Source: Ginglymostoma cirratum (Eukaryota). From it: a DNA stretch of 64,000 nucleotides. Made by a program: the position numbers and the translations under genes. Positions 63,555 through 64,000 of this stretch are shown here, piece by piece. Position 1 is the stretch's first letter, and every line of letters starts with the position of its first letter. Location of the stretch: the NCBI GenBank assembly GCA_024137785.1, contig JAHRHZ010000040.1, forward strand, positions 4,120,894 to 4,184,893, given 5' to 3'. The notes beneath the pieces were generated by a model. That model saw only the letters and a program-made list of their open reading frames with translations, was not told where the DNA came from and did no database searches.

Positions 63555-64000
63555 ACATAGAACTATTCAGCACAGGAACGAGTCCTTCAGCCCACAATGT
63601 TGTGCCGAACAGAGTGCCAAATTAAACTAATCCCTTCTTCCTGCCCTTATTCCATATCCCTCCATTCCTTGCATATTCATGTGCTTATCTAAAAGCCCCT
63701 TAAACGTCCCTATCGTATCTGCCTCCACCAGCACCCTTGGCAGCATGTTCCAGATTCCTACCACTCTCTGTGTAAAAAACTTGCTCCTCACATCTCCTTT
63801 GAACAGTTCCCCTCTCTCCTTGAATGCATGCCCCTAGTATTAGACATTTCAACTCTGGGAAAAGGATTCTGATTGTTAATCCTATCTATGCATCTCATAA
63901 TTTTATAGACCTCTATCAAGTCTCCCTATAGCCTCTGCTGCTGCAGAGAAAACAACCTGAATTTTTCTAGCCTCTCCTTATAGCTCATACCCTTTAATCC
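63555..64000 (-). mobile_element. CR1 3' fragment continuing past the window end
   Basis: catagaac tail. Minus strand reads GMSYKERLEK...RL*GDLIEVYKIMR. Confidence 0.87.

Noticed and set aside
1-64000. CRISPR arrays, operons, rRNA or true tRNA genes
   Set aside because: None seen. The tRNA-like boxes belong to SINE heads, and the repeats are dispersed retroelements.

Overview
Eukaryotic, repeat-saturated intronic or intergenic DNA. The repeat repertoire (HER1-type CR1 LINEs, an HE1-type SINE, Deu-domain SINE tails, Penelope-like elements) points to a cartilaginous fish (shark); this is an inference. No host protein-coding gene can be identified with confidence. Nearly every ORF in the track is transposon-derived or spurious. 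The main signal is a young Neptune-type Penelope-like retroelement (PLE; RT plus GIY-YIG) whose 3' region carries a minimal hammerhead ribozyme (CUGAUGA-A-GGG...CCC-GAAA-CG-UC). This family has left 5'-truncated copies and ~230-bp fold-back mini-elements with two opposed ribozymes, a 35-37 nt unpaired tail and 15-16 bp target-site duplications (TSDs). Two further repeat families carry related, decayed hammerheads, and one of them has the same fold-back layout. Also present are Gypsy and Harbinger relics, hAT and Tigger-like MITEs, and a non-repetitive stretch at 49.3-49.6 kb with an ISRE, a kB-like site, a TATA box and a perfect splice donor. Boundaries of old repeats are approximate, read by eye.
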